A stretch of 64,000 nt of DNA, taken from assembly GCA_943358095.1 (NCBI GenBank), contig CALRGT010000001.1:450-64449 (forward strand), in the 5' to 3' direction. The first letter of the stretch is position 1. The number at the start of each line of letters is the position of its first letter. This DNA comes from an uncultured Candidatus Saccharimonas sp. (GTDB taxonomy: Bacteria > Patescibacteriota > Saccharimonadia > Saccharimonadales > AQU-01). Below are positions 34,313 through 44,739 of the stretch, in pieces. Below the pieces are notes generated by a model, which searched no databases, was not told the origin of the DNA, and worked only from the letters and a program-made list of their open reading frames with translations. The position numbers were made by a program, and so were the translations under genes.

Positions 34313-35671
34313 ATGGATCCAAAAGCTGCAAATATTCCACCTCAAAACCTCGATGCCGAGGCTAGTTTGCTTGGAGCTATATTAATTGACAGCGACGCAA
34401 TCGTAAAAATCGCTGACAGTATATTTAGCGGAGACTTCTATGATCCTAAGCACCAAAGAATATACGAAGCGATAAGTCACTTATACGAAAAACACAGCCC
34501 CATAGATGTGCTGACACTTGCTGATCAATTAAGAAATGCTGATTTTTTAGACTTCGTTGGAGGCGCCGCATTTCTTACAGAACTCACTAACTATGTACCG
34601 ACAGCATCGCATGTCGAGAAATACGCAGAAATTGTTTCTCAAAAATCCTTAAGACGCCGTTTAATCAAAGCGTCGCAAGAAATCATCACGCTAGGTTACG
34701 ACGAAGGTCACGATTTGCAGCAACTGATAGAAGGCGCCGAAACAAGTTTATTTGAAGTTAGTCAGCAACACGTCAAACAAGATATTACTAGCCTAGAAAC
34801 TATACTTGGCGAAAGTTTTGATAGACTCGACGAGCTACACAAAGACAAGGGCAAGATTCGCGGCGTACCAACAGGATTCAAGGACTTAGACAATATTCTT
34901 GCAGGCTTGCAGCGCTCTGACTTATTCATTCTTGCCGCTCGACCTTCTATGGGTAAAACAGCTCTAGCTCTTAACTTCGCCCACAACGTAGCTCTGCAAT
35001 CAAAAGAAGTCGTCTTGCTTTTCAGTCTTGAAATGAGCAAAGAACAGTTGGTTGATCGTATGTTAGCTATGGAGTCCGGCGTTGATGCTTGGGCGCTAAG
35101 AACAGGTAATCTAACAGATTCAGACTTCGAAAAAATTGGTCACGCAATGGGCACATTGTCTGAAGCACCTATTTACATTGACGATACCCCTAGCATTTCA
35201 ATTAGTGAACTTCGTACTAAAGCCCGCAGGGAAGCACATCAACACAAACTAGGCTTAATTATCGTGGACTATTTGCAGCTTATGAGTGGTGGCGGAAGAT
35301 TTGGCGGTGATGGAAACCGCGTACAAGAAATTTCTGAAATATCACGTGGTCTTAAGGGTGTAGCTCGAGAACTAGACGTTCCTATTATTGCACTGAGTCA
35401 GCTAAGCCGTTCAGTTGAGAGCCGAACTCCCCAGATTCCACAATTATCTGACCTTCGTGAATCTGGTTCAATTGAGCAAGATGCGGACGTTGTGGCTTTT
35501 ATCTACAGAGAGGACTACTATAACCCTCAATCTGAGCGCAAAAACATCACAGACATTCTTATCAAAAAGCATCGTAACGGTCCAACAGGCGGAGTAGAAC
35601 TTTACTTCGACAAAGATAAGCAACGATTCCGCAGCCTAGACACCAAACACAGCCAACCATTCAGCGAATAA
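34313..35671 (+). CDS. dnaB: Replicative DNA helicase DnaB
   Basis: LILAARPSMGKTALALNFA Walker A, IVDYLQLM, DVPIIALSQLSR; 452 aa, no intein. Confidence 0.9.
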   Translation: MDPKAANIPPQNLDAEASLLGAILIDSDAIVKIADSIFSGDFYDPKHQRIYEAISHLYEKHSPIDVLTLADQLRNADFLDFVGGAAFLTELTNYVPTASHVEKYAEIVSQKSLRRRLIKASQEIITLGYDEGHDLQQLIEGAETSLFEVSQQHVKQDITSLETILGESFDRLDELHKDKGKIRGVPTGFKDLDNILAGLQRSDLFILAARPSMGKTALALNFAHNVALQSKEVVLLFSLEMSKEQLVDRMLAMESGVDAWALRTGNLTDSDFEKIGHAMGTLSEAPIYIDDTPSISISELRTKARREAHQHKLGLIIVDYLQLMSGGGRFGGDGNRVQEISEISRGLKGVARELDVPIIALSQLSRSVESRTPQIPQLSDLRESGSIEQDADVVAFIYREDYYNPQSERKNITDILIKKHRNGPTGGVELYFDKDKQRFRSLDTKHSQPFSE

Positions 35672-35709
35672 TGCTAGCAATTATCGTTAATGCTAATATT
35701 CATATATAA

Positions 35710-36915
35710 TTGTATTTAACTATTATGAACATCAAGACAGTGCGTACAAATATTGAAATCTACTGGAAAGACACCATCTATTGGTTGGCTGGCCTTACAG
35801 TTTTTGTCGCTATTTTGGGATATCACATTAGTACACTACTGACAGGGGCGACGCCTAAAGAAATCGCAACCGTAACATCTGTACGGAACTTAAAGACACT
35901 TAGCCTAGACCCGACATTTATCGTTTACAAGGCAGCTCAACAAGTCATGAATTTGTTTTCTGCCAACACTGTTCATAACACTAGACTAATCAGCACGGCT
36001 TTTGCTGTAGTAACAATGCTTCTTTTCTATTATGTGTTAAGGCATTGGCAGGGCACCAAAATTGCTATTTTAGGAACCATTATGCTGGTTACTTCCAGTT
36101 GGTTTTTGACTTATGCAAGAATGGCTACGCCTGACATAACCTATATTTTGCTAATAGTAATGAGTTTCGCTTACGTCATATGGGCCAAAAACTCTATGCA
36201 TGAATCTCGAACTATTATTGCCGGCGGACTTTTGACTGTAGCGTTAATCTATACGCCAGGTTTAATATGGTTCATCGTATTGCCTGCAATATGGCAAAGA
36301 AAGTTAATAAGCCAACTGATCTTCAAATCTTCTAAATCAGCTATTGCGGCCTTAACATTGACTATAATACTGCTACTACCGCTTGGCTATTCGGTATTTA
36401 GTCAGCCAACTATTATCAACACTTTTCTAGCTCTTCCGACTAACCTCTCAGCTCTACCTATGCACTTTATTCAAAACATTATTAATATATTTCGTTCCCT
36501 GACTTTCGGATCTCAAAATGATGCCACCCTGGGATTAATAAAAGAACCAGTTATTGATATATTTACTTGTGCTATGTTACTTCTCGGACTATTCGATAGC
36601 TACACTGAGCGCGGACTCGATAGAACTAAAATGGTCGTCGGGTTTTTTGCGATCAGCATAATACTAGTGTCTCTAGGAGGAGTTGTCGGCGATGCAATAC
36701 TTCTTCCGTTTATTTACCTATTAGCCAGCATTGGTATTGGACGAATGCTAGGAAATTGGTTTATAGTCTTTCCTCGCAACCCAGTAGCTAGAAATATTGG
36801 ACTAGGTCTAATTATCGGAATGATTGCACTTGTAGGGTACTATCACATTACTAGATATTTCGTAGCCTGGCCAAACTCTCCAGAAACAATAAATGCTCTC
36901 AAGAAATTTGAATAG
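35710..36915 (+). CDS. Hypothetical polytopic membrane protein (~10 TM)
   Basis: 401 aa, predominantly hydrophobic helices; no catalytic motif recognised. Confidence 0.45.
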   Translation: MYLTIMNIKTVRTNIEIYWKDTIYWLAGLTVFVAILGYHISTLLTGATPKEIATVTSVRNLKTLSLDPTFIVYKAAQQVMNLFSANTVHNTRLISTAFAVVTMLLFYYVLRHWQGTKIAILGTIMLVTSSWFLTYARMATPDITYILLIVMSFAYVIWAKNSMHESRTIIAGGLLTVALIYTPGLIWFIVLPAIWQRKLISQLIFKSSKSAIAALTLTIILLLPLGYSVFSQPTIINTFLALPTNLSALPMHFIQNIINIFRSLTFGSQNDATLGLIKEPVIDIFTCAMLLLGLFDSYTERGLDRTKMVVGFFAISIILVSLGGVVGDAILLPFIYLLASIGIGRMLGNWFIVFPRNPVARNIGLGLIIGMIALVGYYHITRYFVAWPNSPETINALKKFE

Positions 36916-36983
36916 AAAAAGCCTTAGGGGTGTCGATTGAATCGAAACTACTATATAATATAAGTACTAAATAAGGAGGCAAC

Positions 36984-37277
36984 ATGAGCCGTTTTGATCA
37001 AGCAAAGATGCTAATACAAGTTAAAAAAGCCCAGAAAGAATTACAAAAGGCTGTTTTAGTCGTGGAAAAAGGTGACGGAGCAGTGCGTATCGAGATTACT
37101 GGTGAACAAAAAATCAAGAAACTTCACATCGATAAAGATTCTGTTGATCTTGATGATATTGGACAGCTAGAACGATGGATTGAAGACGCCATAAGAGACG
37201 CAATTACAGAAAGCCAGAAGTTGGCAGCCGAAAAAATGCAACCATTTATGGGCGCTCTGGGCAACTTAGGACTATAG
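36984..37277 (+). CDS. ybaB: Nucleoid-associated protein YbaB/EbfC
   Basis: 97 aa; MSRFDQAKMLIQVKKAQKELQK...GEQKIKKLHIDKD pattern of the YbaB family; conserved neighbourhood with recR. Confidence 0.8.
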   Translation: MSRFDQAKMLIQVKKAQKELQKAVLVVEKGDGAVRIEITGEQKIKKLHIDKDSVDLDDIGQLERWIEDAIRDAITESQKLAAEKMQPFMGALGNLGL

Positions 37278-37281
37278 TAAC

Positions 37282-37890
37282 GTGCAAATTTTGCCTCCAA
37301 CCTTACTCGACTTAGTCGATGCGCTAGGGTCACTGCCTGGAGTCGGTCCTCGTACTGCAGAAAGATACGCTTACTATTTGCTCAAAAGAGATCCTGCTAT
37401 TGCCGATAAGCTAGGTTTAGCTCTGGGCAATCTACATCAAGGAATTGGACAATGTAGCGTAACTTTTGCATTGGTAGAAAAAGGAAAAGAAGTCTCCGAC
37501 TTATATACCGATCCTAAAAGAGACAAGCAGCTAGTCGCTGTCGTCGCTGAACCGTTTGACATCGTGTCTCTAGAAAAGACAAACCTTTTTAATGGCACTT
37601 ACCACGTTCTTGGGGGTCTGGTGAGTCCAATCGACAACGTTGGCCCTGATCAACTACGAATTTCCGAACTTATAGCACGCATTGACGCCGATGATGTAAA
37701 AGAGATAATTCTAGCAACAAATGCCAGCGTAGAAGGTGAATCTACAGCGCTATACATCCAGCAGCAACTAGGTAAGCGCGACGTCAAAATTAGTAGACTT
37801 GCCAGAGGAATCCCTATTGGAGTTGATTTAGAATACGCCGACCAAATCACACTAGGAAGAGCACTTGAGGGTCGCACCGAACTACAATAA
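37282..37890 (+). CDS. recR: Recombination protein RecR (Cys4 zinc finger lost)
   Basis: HhH N-terminus (LGSLPGVGPRTAERYAYYLL), Toprim/Walker-B-like core and C-terminus conserved; the C4 zinc-finger region reads HQGIGQCSVTFALVEKGKE with only one Cys. Confidence 0.85.
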   Translation: MQILPPTLLDLVDALGSLPGVGPRTAERYAYYLLKRDPAIADKLGLALGNLHQGIGQCSVTFALVEKGKEVSDLYTDPKRDKQLVAVVAEPFDIVSLEKTNLFNGTYHVLGGLVSPIDNVGPDQLRISELIARIDADDVKEIILATNASVEGESTALYIQQQLGKRDVKISRLARGIPIGVDLEYADQITLGRALEGRTELQ

Positions 37891-37952
37891 GCCTATTATT
37901 ATAAATTACAGCCTGTCACGCGCAGACAATAAGCTATATAATACAGTCCAAT

Positions 37953-38957
37953 ATGACAGATGAAATCAAACAAATTGACCAGTTAGTTAAAGACGCAAAG
38001 ACAATCGTTATTATTCAGGCCGATAATCCAGATGGAGACAGCCTGGCAAGTGCGTTGGCGCTAGAACAGATACTAGAAGACTTGGGCAAAACAACTCATC
38101 TTTATTGTGCAGTTGATATGCCTGACTATCTTAAACATCTTTCTGGTTGGGATAGAGTTAGCAATGAAATGCCGTCAAATTTTGATATATCTGTCATTGT
38201 TGACACCAGCGCATCGACACTCTTAGAGAAACTAGATGCCAGCCACTACAAACACTGGGTAGCTAATCGTCCGGTTATCGTTCTAGATCATCACACCGAC
38301 GTAGTCTGTGATATTACCTACGCAACTGTGGTTATTAATAGCAGCGAGGCTATTGCAACCGGTGAGTTAATTTATATGCTATCTAATCAATTAAACTGGC
38401 CACTTAATTTGCAGGCCAAAACTCATATCGCCAGCTCAATACTGTCAGATTCATTAGGCTTATCGTCTGAAGGTACTACTGCCAACACCTACCAAGTAAT
38501 GGCAGATCTTATAGGTTCTGGTGTAGACAGACCAGCCCTAGAAGAAGCACGGCGAGCACTAAACAAGATGCCTGAAATCATCTATCGATACAAAGCAAAA
38601 TTGATAGAAAGAACGGAGATGTATGCAGACGGCAGAATTGCTCTTCTGACTATTCCTCATGAAGAAATAATGACTTATAGCCCACTATACAATCCGGCAC
38701 CTCTTATCCAGAATGACATGCTACAAGTAGAAAAAGTTAGTGTCGCAATCGTAATCAAAAACTACAAAGACGGCAAGGTAACGGGCTCGATTAGATGTGG
38801 CCATGGCACGACAATTGCCGCCGATTTAGCCAAACACTTTGGTGGAGGCGGCCACCCATATGCTAGCGGATTTAAAATAGAAAAAGCCAAAAGCCAACTA
38901 GCGACAAAAGCAGAATGCATAAAACTCGCCACAGATTTACTGGAAAATATTGAATAG
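37953..38957 (+). CDS. nrnA: DHH-family phosphoesterase (NrnA-like oligoribonuclease/pAp phosphatase)
   Basis: DHH motif (VLDHHTD) and DHHA1 motif (GGGGHPYASG); 334 aa. Confidence 0.7.
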   Translation: MTDEIKQIDQLVKDAKTIVIIQADNPDGDSLASALALEQILEDLGKTTHLYCAVDMPDYLKHLSGWDRVSNEMPSNFDISVIVDTSASTLLEKLDASHYKHWVANRPVIVLDHHTDVVCDITYATVVINSSEAIATGELIYMLSNQLNWPLNLQAKTHIASSILSDSLGLSSEGTTANTYQVMADLIGSGVDRPALEEARRALNKMPEIIYRYKAKLIERTEMYADGRIALLTIPHEEIMTYSPLYNPAPLIQNDMLQVEKVSVAIVIKNYKDGKVTGSIRCGHGTTIAADLAKHFGGGGHPYASGFKIEKAKSQLATKAECIKLATDLLENIE

Positions 38958-39072
38958 ACTATCAGCTAATGCTAATATTTAATTAATGAATACGAATACA
39001 CAAATTAAAACTTGTTGTCAGGCCTGCTGTATATAGTTGAGGTCATTATTCCAAAGTTAAGTTAACGAAGAA

Positions 39073-39096
39073 GACCTCGACTAGCGAGGTTTTTTA
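39073..39096 (+). terminator. Intrinsic terminator after nrnA
   Basis: GACCTCG-ACTAG-CGAGGT followed by TTTTTT. Confidence 0.65.
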
Positions 39097-39113
39097 AATT
39101 AACAAGGAATATT

Positions 39114-39845
39114 ATGGCCAACACAATCAATAGTTTAATAGAAAATAGAAATGTATTTAACCTAGATCCAACCGATAGAGTTGCTTATTTTACCGCTCAT
39201 CCTGACGACGCTAGTATGTTTATGGCTTACGCTCTCGACAACACAGCCAAGCTTATTGCTGAGACAGGATCAGAGCCTCTACACGCCTATATAGCGAGTA
39301 ATGGCGAAGCTTCAACCAAAGGAGACAGAGAATTCGTTCTAGCAGGACGCAGAAGAGAAGAAGCTATTGCAGAGGCTGAATATTTTGGAGTTCCCAAGTC
39401 AAAACTACATCTGCCAGGACATCCAGACAGCAAACTTGGCGAAAGCTACAATCACAGCGTACTCACAAGAGACATCGATTCATTTATAGACGGCAACAAA
39501 ATCACTACCGCCATCACGCTTGGTGCTGCTGGAGGTGACGGACACTCAGACCACGTTGCCACTCACCATGCCGTCGTGTCATTACAGCGCAATTTTCCGA
39601 GAATGAATATATTTAGCCTAAATTCTAAAGGACGGGGTGAAATAGTTATTTCAAAAACTAATATTGACGTTAAACTTGGCGGCCTAGCCTTAAATTCAAG
39701 TCAATTTGAAATAAATAGAAACGAAGAAAATGTCGACAACGGTAGTTTGCACCGAATAGGTGGATTTGTTGTGGCAAGCAGTCAGGCTGAATCGCTCAGC
39801 CCATATAAACATTATTTAGAATACGAAAGCTATGACGCTCATTAG
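39114..39845 (+). CDS. PIG-L/LmbE-family N-acetylglucosaminyl deacetylase
   Basis: AHPDDASMF (AHPDDE-type motif) near N-terminus and HxDH (HSDHVATHHA) downstream; 243 aa. Confidence 0.6.
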   Translation: MANTINSLIENRNVFNLDPTDRVAYFTAHPDDASMFMAYALDNTAKLIAETGSEPLHAYIASNGEASTKGDREFVLAGRRREEAIAEAEYFGVPKSKLHLPGHPDSKLGESYNHSVLTRDIDSFIDGNKITTAITLGAAGGDGHSDHVATHHAVVSLQRNFPRMNIFSLNSKGRGEIVISKTNIDVKLGGLALNSSQFEINRNEENVDNGSLHRIGGFVVASSQAESLSPYKHYLEYESYDAH

Positions 39846-39891
39846 AATAGACAGCAGCGATAATTATTTGGCTATGTTAAAGTATATATAG

Positions 39892-41298
39892 ATGAAACTT
39901 TATAACACACTCACAAAATCCATCGAAGAATTTACGCCTTATAACGAATTAGAAGCTCGTATATACAGCTGCGGACCTACTGTCTATAACGATGTTCATA
40001 TCGGCAATATTAGCTCCTTTATACATGCCGACACAATGAGACGAAGCCTAGAATCAACTGGCATAAAAATCAAACACGCCATGAACATTACTGATGTCGA
40101 CGACAAAACTATAAAGCGTAGCAGAGAACAGGCACCAGACAAATCTCCGATGGATGCCCTTATGGATCTTACTGCGCATTACACTGATACATTTATGCAT
40201 GACATGAATGCCGTCGGCAACGACACCAGTAATTACACATTTATAAAAGCGACAGACAACATCGACGGCATGAAATCAATGATAGAGGATTTATATAACA
40301 AAGGCTTTGCATATGTCGCCGACGACGGAGTCTACTTTTCTATCAAGAATTACCGTGATAATGGCAAGAACTATGGTCAATTACTTGAGATAACTCAAGA
40401 CAATACTCAGATGTCCAGAATTCATAACGACGAATACGACAAAGATTCCCCGCATGATTTTGCATTATGGAAAACTAAATCAGAAAACGAACCTGCGTGG
40501 TCCTTCACACTAGATGGCAAGATCGTAGACGGCAGACCAGGCTGGCACATAGAATGTTCTGTTATGAGCAAAGCAGTTGTCGGCCAACCTTTTGATATTC
40601 ATACCGGTGGAATTGACCTTATATTTCCGCATCACGAAAACGAAATTGCCCAAAGTACAGCCGGGCAAAAAGACGCTATTATGGCTAAGTTCTTTTACCA
40701 CAACGAACATCTTCTAATAGATGGCAAAAAAATGAGTAAAAGCCTCAACAACTTTTATACGATTGAAGATTTGCGCCATAAAGGCATCAACCCACTAGCT
40801 TTTCGCTTATTAGTACTTCAGTCGCACTACAGGCATCAAGCTAACTTTAGCTGGACTAACTTGGACGCGGCAAACAATCGCTTAAATGGCTATCAGGCTG
40901 TGGCTGACTTACGATTCCAGGCCACCACTGCAACTGAGTCAATTAACCTTATAGCGCCGTTACAGGCTATCGTAGAGGCCCTACAGGATGATGTGAATAC
41001 ACCTAGAGCCTTAGAGGAGTTAAGCAATCTACAAAGTTTAGTAGCATCAAATCTCGTATCAGCAAATCAACTTGATGAATTCAATGAAGTTCTTAGCACC
41101 TTGGACGAACTGTTTGGACTAGGACTTACGACCTCAAATGACATAAATCAAGCAGAGAAGGACTTAATATCCGAAAGACAGTCAGCCCGATCGCTATCCG
41201 ACTGGTCAAAATCCGATTCTCTTAGAGACGACTTGTTGAAGCTAAATATTGAAATACGAGACACGCCCGCAGGCCAAATCTGGTCAAGAATTAAATAA
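39892..41298 (+). CDS. cysS: Cysteinyl-tRNA synthetase
   Basis: CGPTVYNDVHIGN (HIGH-type) and KMSKSLNN motifs; 468 aa. Confidence 0.85.
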   Translation: MKLYNTLTKSIEEFTPYNELEARIYSCGPTVYNDVHIGNISSFIHADTMRRSLESTGIKIKHAMNITDVDDKTIKRSREQAPDKSPMDALMDLTAHYTDTFMHDMNAVGNDTSNYTFIKATDNIDGMKSMIEDLYNKGFAYVADDGVYFSIKNYRDNGKNYGQLLEITQDNTQMSRIHNDEYDKDSPHDFALWKTKSENEPAWSFTLDGKIVDGRPGWHIECSVMSKAVVGQPFDIHTGGIDLIFPHHENEIAQSTAGQKDAIMAKFFYHNEHLLIDGKKMSKSLNNFYTIEDLRHKGINPLAFRLLVLQSHYRHQANFSWTNLDAANNRLNGYQAVADLRFQATTATESINLIAPLQAIVEALQDDVNTPRALEELSNLQSLVASNLVSANQLDEFNEVLSTLDELFGLGLTTSNDINQAEKDLISERQSARSLSDWSKSDSLRDDLLKLNIEIRDTPAGQIWSRIK

Positions 41299-41333
41299 CC
41301 TTAAACTGAATGTTCGACAACTTCTTCGGCTTT

Positions 41334-42419
41334 TTAAGCGGCATCAACAGTCTCGACATGGTAATACTCATCAATAACAACTCTAATACAACCTGCGATA
41401 GGTATAGCAGCCAACGCACCTAGTAAACCACCAAGTTGCGCTCCAACTAGTGCTGCAACGAAAACTATTAAAGGCGTAAGGTTATTGCTCTTTGCTTGAA
41501 TGTAGGGCTGAAGAGTAGCATTCTCAACTTGCTGATACAACAAGAAGAAAACTGTCATACCAAGTGCAAGTCCGGTAGAAGCGAACAAGCAAAACAGAAC
41601 TACTATTACAGCAGCTAAAGTATTGCCAATGAGAGGGATCAAACCAAATATAAAGACAATGCCCGCTAGAGCAATCGGATTAATTGTTACGCCAGCTAGA
41701 GTACTGCCTACAACTAGCGCGACCACTGCAAACAATGACGCGATTCCGGCAATCAAAACCTGACCATTCACGTAACTAGTGACGACTCGGTACATTTTCA
41801 TTGCAACTTTTTTGCGCTTTTCTTGTTCGTCTTTAGGCTGCATAAGTAGTAATTGCCCCAACCACTGCGGAGCTTCGACTAGAAGCATAAAGGTAAGAAC
41901 CAACACTGTAATAATGGCTATAAGCGTCCCACCGATTCTACCTGCCGTGCTAATGATAGGACCCGATATATTACTAAGTCTTGCGCTATAACGATGACTG
42001 ATCTCAGTAAGCTGATCATCGATTTTGTACTGATGTATTGCCCTTCCTAATGCTGAATCTTGATCTCGAAAATGCTCAATAGTCTGTGGTAGATTCTTTG
42101 CAAAGTCAGATGTTTGCTTAACGAGCGGGGGTACAACTAGTGATAAAAATCCGACAAGAATCACCATAACAAGCGCGTACGCCATACCGACGGCAGCTGA
42201 GCGGCTTTTAACCTTTAATTTACTACTAATCCAACCAACAGCTGGATTTAGAGCTATAGCCAAAAAAACCGATACACCAATTAGAGTAAGCTGACCCTCT
42301 ATGCTCGACAATAAATTAATACCTACGATAGTTACAACAACGAATACAATTACCCGAAGGATTGAATCGTTAGTAATGTTGATGTTTGTCGTGTGTTTTC
42401 GTGAGTTAAATAGTTTCAT
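41334..42419 (-). CDS. AI-2E family (PerM/YhhT-like) membrane transporter
   Basis: 361 aa, 7-8 TM helices with the AI-2E topology (long central loop, C-terminal hydrophobic cluster). Confidence 0.55.
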   Translation of the reverse strand: MKLFNSRKHTTNINITNDSILRVIVFVVVTIVGINLLSSIEGQLTLIGVSVFLAIALNPAVGWISSKLKVKSRSAAVGMAYALVMVILVGFLSLVVPPLVKQTSDFAKNLPQTIEHFRDQDSALGRAIHQYKIDDQLTEISHRYSARLSNISGPIISTAGRIGGTLIAIITVLVLTFMLLVEAPQWLGQLLLMQPKDEQEKRKKVAMKMYRVVTSYVNGQVLIAGIASLFAVVALVVGSTLAGVTINPIALAGIVFIFGLIPLIGNTLAAVIVVLFCLFASTGLALGMTVFFLLYQQVENATLQPYIQAKSNNLTPLIVFVAALVGAQLGGLLGALAAIPIAGCIRVVIDEYYHVETVDAA

Positions 42420-42437
42420 ATACCTTTCATTATTATG

Positions 42438-43568
42438 CTAATGGGTTCGTTTTGCAATCGAAGACTTGTATATTGCCATAACCTGGGCTCCAACTATATT
42501 AATATCATACTGCTTAACGGCTGTTTTTTGCCATGATTTGGCGCTTTTTCTAGCTCTACTATTAACAATGAGGTGCTTGAGTGTATTAGCAAATTCATCA
42601 ACTTTTTGCGGCGAAAATAACTGACTAGGCCTACCATTAAGAATCGAAGCATAGCCGATGTTATTACCACCCAGTACAACCTCACTACCGGCCGCCATAG
42701 CTTCTATCAACACTATTCCAAAACACTCCCCGCCAAGAGAAGGAAATACTGCAATATGAGCACTCGCTAAATAATCAGGCTTATCTGCTTCGTTTACAAA
42801 GCCAACAAAATGTATTACGGCACTAAGGCGATTGTCGCGTACATAATCTTTCAGTTCGCTATCAAGCGGTCCTTTACCACAAATAATAACCCTAACATTC
42901 ATAAGTTGATGTTTGTCGTGAAGAATCTTAATGGCTTGCAACAAGTATGTGCAACCCTTTCTTTCTACAAGACGCCCTAAATAGACTATATTGATCTTCC
43001 CATCGTTATATTTATCGATCATTTTACCCTTACCATAAAGAGCAGAGTCAACTGTGTTTGGAATCATAATAGGCTTTACTCGGAATGAAGATTTCGCATA
43101 GTCAAATGCTGGCCATGATGCTCCTATGACAGCATCAAAACGACGAAGATTACGCTTCAGATACAACCCTAAAGCCCTACCTGCAACATTGTGTAGTAAG
43201 TTGAAAGGCACGATATGAAAACTTCCTATAACCGCCGTTTTTTGCGATACATTCGATACGACAAAACCAGCCATTAACGGGCTGTAGGGCATCTGAACAT
43301 GAATAATGTCAAACTGTTCGTCGTTTAGCAGTTTGACTATCTTGATCTTATCGGCCTTTAGAGGCATGGACATGCGATTCTTATTAAATCTAACGGCTAT
43401 GTTTTTGCTCAGGCTGTGAATGTTTGGTATATCATCGCGGTGAGTCTCGCCAACTAGATAGTGGACGTTGTGGCCCTGTTTGGCCAGCCAACTCCCTAAA
43501 GTAATAATATATTGTTGAACGCCGTCCGTTTTGTCTAATGAATCGTCTAAAACAAAACCGATTTTCAC
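42438..43568 (-). CDS. Family-4 glycosyltransferase (GT-B)
   Basis: C-terminal GT4 signature FPSLGGECFGIVLIEAMAAGSEVV (E-x7-E). Confidence 0.7.
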   Translation of the reverse strand: MKIGFVLDDSLDKTDGVQQYIITLGSWLAKQGHNVHYLVGETHRDDIPNIHSLSKNIAVRFNKNRMSMPLKADKIKIVKLLNDEQFDIIHVQMPYSPLMAGFVVSNVSQKTAVIGSFHIVPFNLLHNVAGRALGLYLKRNLRRFDAVIGASWPAFDYAKSSFRVKPIMIPNTVDSALYGKGKMIDKYNDGKINIVYLGRLVERKGCTYLLQAIKILHDKHQLMNVRVIICGKGPLDSELKDYVRDNRLSAVIHFVGFVNEADKPDYLASAHIAVFPSLGGECFGIVLIEAMAAGSEVVLGGNNIGYASILNGRPSQLFSPQKVDEFANTLKHLIVNSRARKSAKSWQKTAVKQYDINIVGAQVMAIYKSSIAKRTH

Positions 43569-44689
43569 TTTTGGCTCGCTATTTTGTTGTAAAGCTCTAA
43601 ATATTTATCGACAACAAATTTATAGTCAAACTGCTTAACATACTCACTACTCCAATCAAGCCAAAGCCTACGTACTGCCTCGTCATTCAATAAATAGCCT
43701 AATCTGTCAGCGAATTCAGATATTCTAGTTGGGTCTACAATAGATAATTGGCCCGTATCTTGCATTACACCCTTATAACCCTCGTTATTACCGGCAACCG
43801 TAACGACCCCCATAGCCATAGCTTCTAAAAGCACAATACCAAAACTCTCTCCGTAAAGAGCAGGCGAGCAAAACAAGTCAGCCTTAGCGAATAACGCTAA
43901 TTTCTGCTTATCTGTAACAAATCCAAGAAATTCAACTCTCTTGATGTTTTTATGTTTAACCCAATCTTCTAACTTCTCGCGATCAGACCCGTCGCCAGCA
44001 ATAACTAACTTCACCTTGTCATCTTTTTCTGACAGCTTAGCGAATGCTCGTATTAGGTACTTCACACCTTTACGTTTTTCTAGGCGTCCAACATATAGTA
44101 TGTTTTTAGTTTTTCTACTACTTGAACCTGAGTTTTTGACTTTAGAATACTTATCGAGGTTAATGCCGTTTGGAATGATACTGACGCGACGGCCAGTTCT
44201 TTCACGAACAAAATCTGCCGCAACTTCAGATACCGCCGTAATCTCCGTCAAATTACTAAATATTGAGCGGGAGTAGGGGATACGAAAGGCCTCAATAGTC
44301 CAAGACATTGGCGTGTCGGGGTGAATAGCGTGGAAAGTTGCGACGATAGGGCACCTAGCCTTACTTATCACTTGTGCTCCCATAAATGGGACTTCTGGTT
44401 CGTGAACATGTAGGATATCGAAATTTTCGTTTAAAAGAATTTCATCAATCGTATCGCGGCCAAAGCTGGCTCCTAGTTCTAGAGTCGTCTTAATCGGGGT
44501 CTTAACTTTAGCTGAGTTTCCAGCAAAAATAACGTCTTTTGGTGCAATTGTCTTAACGCTTAATGGACGAGGAGTTAGTATTTTAACCACATAGCCGCGT
44601 TTTCGTAATTCTTCGGCCTGAGCTAGAACGTGCTCTTGCACGCCGCCCCCACGAAAAATATCATACGGACATACTATGCCAATTTTCAT
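43565..44689 (-). CDS. Family-4 glycosyltransferase (GT-B), ATGA-overlapped with the downstream GT4
   Basis: C-terminal SPALYGESFGIVLLEAMAMGVVTVA GT4 signature; 374 aa. Confidence 0.7.
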   Translation of the reverse strand: MKIGIVCPYDIFRGGGVQEHVLAQAEELRKRGYVVKILTPRPLSVKTIAPKDVIFAGNSAKVKTPIKTTLELGASFGRDTIDEILLNENFDILHVHEPEVPFMGAQVISKARCPIVATFHAIHPDTPMSWTIEAFRIPYSRSIFSNLTEITAVSEVAADFVRERTGRRVSIIPNGINLDKYSKVKNSGSSSRKTKNILYVGRLEKRKGVKYLIRAFAKLSEKDDKVKLVIAGDGSDREKLEDWVKHKNIKRVEFLGFVTDKQKLALFAKADLFCSPALYGESFGIVLLEAMAMGVVTVAGNNEGYKGVMQDTGQLSIVDPTRISEFADRLGYLLNDEAVRRLWLDWSSEYVKQFDYKFVVDKYLELYNKIASQK

Positions 44690-44739
44690 CTTACTATTAT
44701 TTTACCATAATATAGCCCAACATTTTCCGTGTTTAGGTT

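Noticed and set aside
34313-35671. Intein in DnaB
   Set aside because: The protein is 452 aa with contiguous helicase motifs. No insertion is present.
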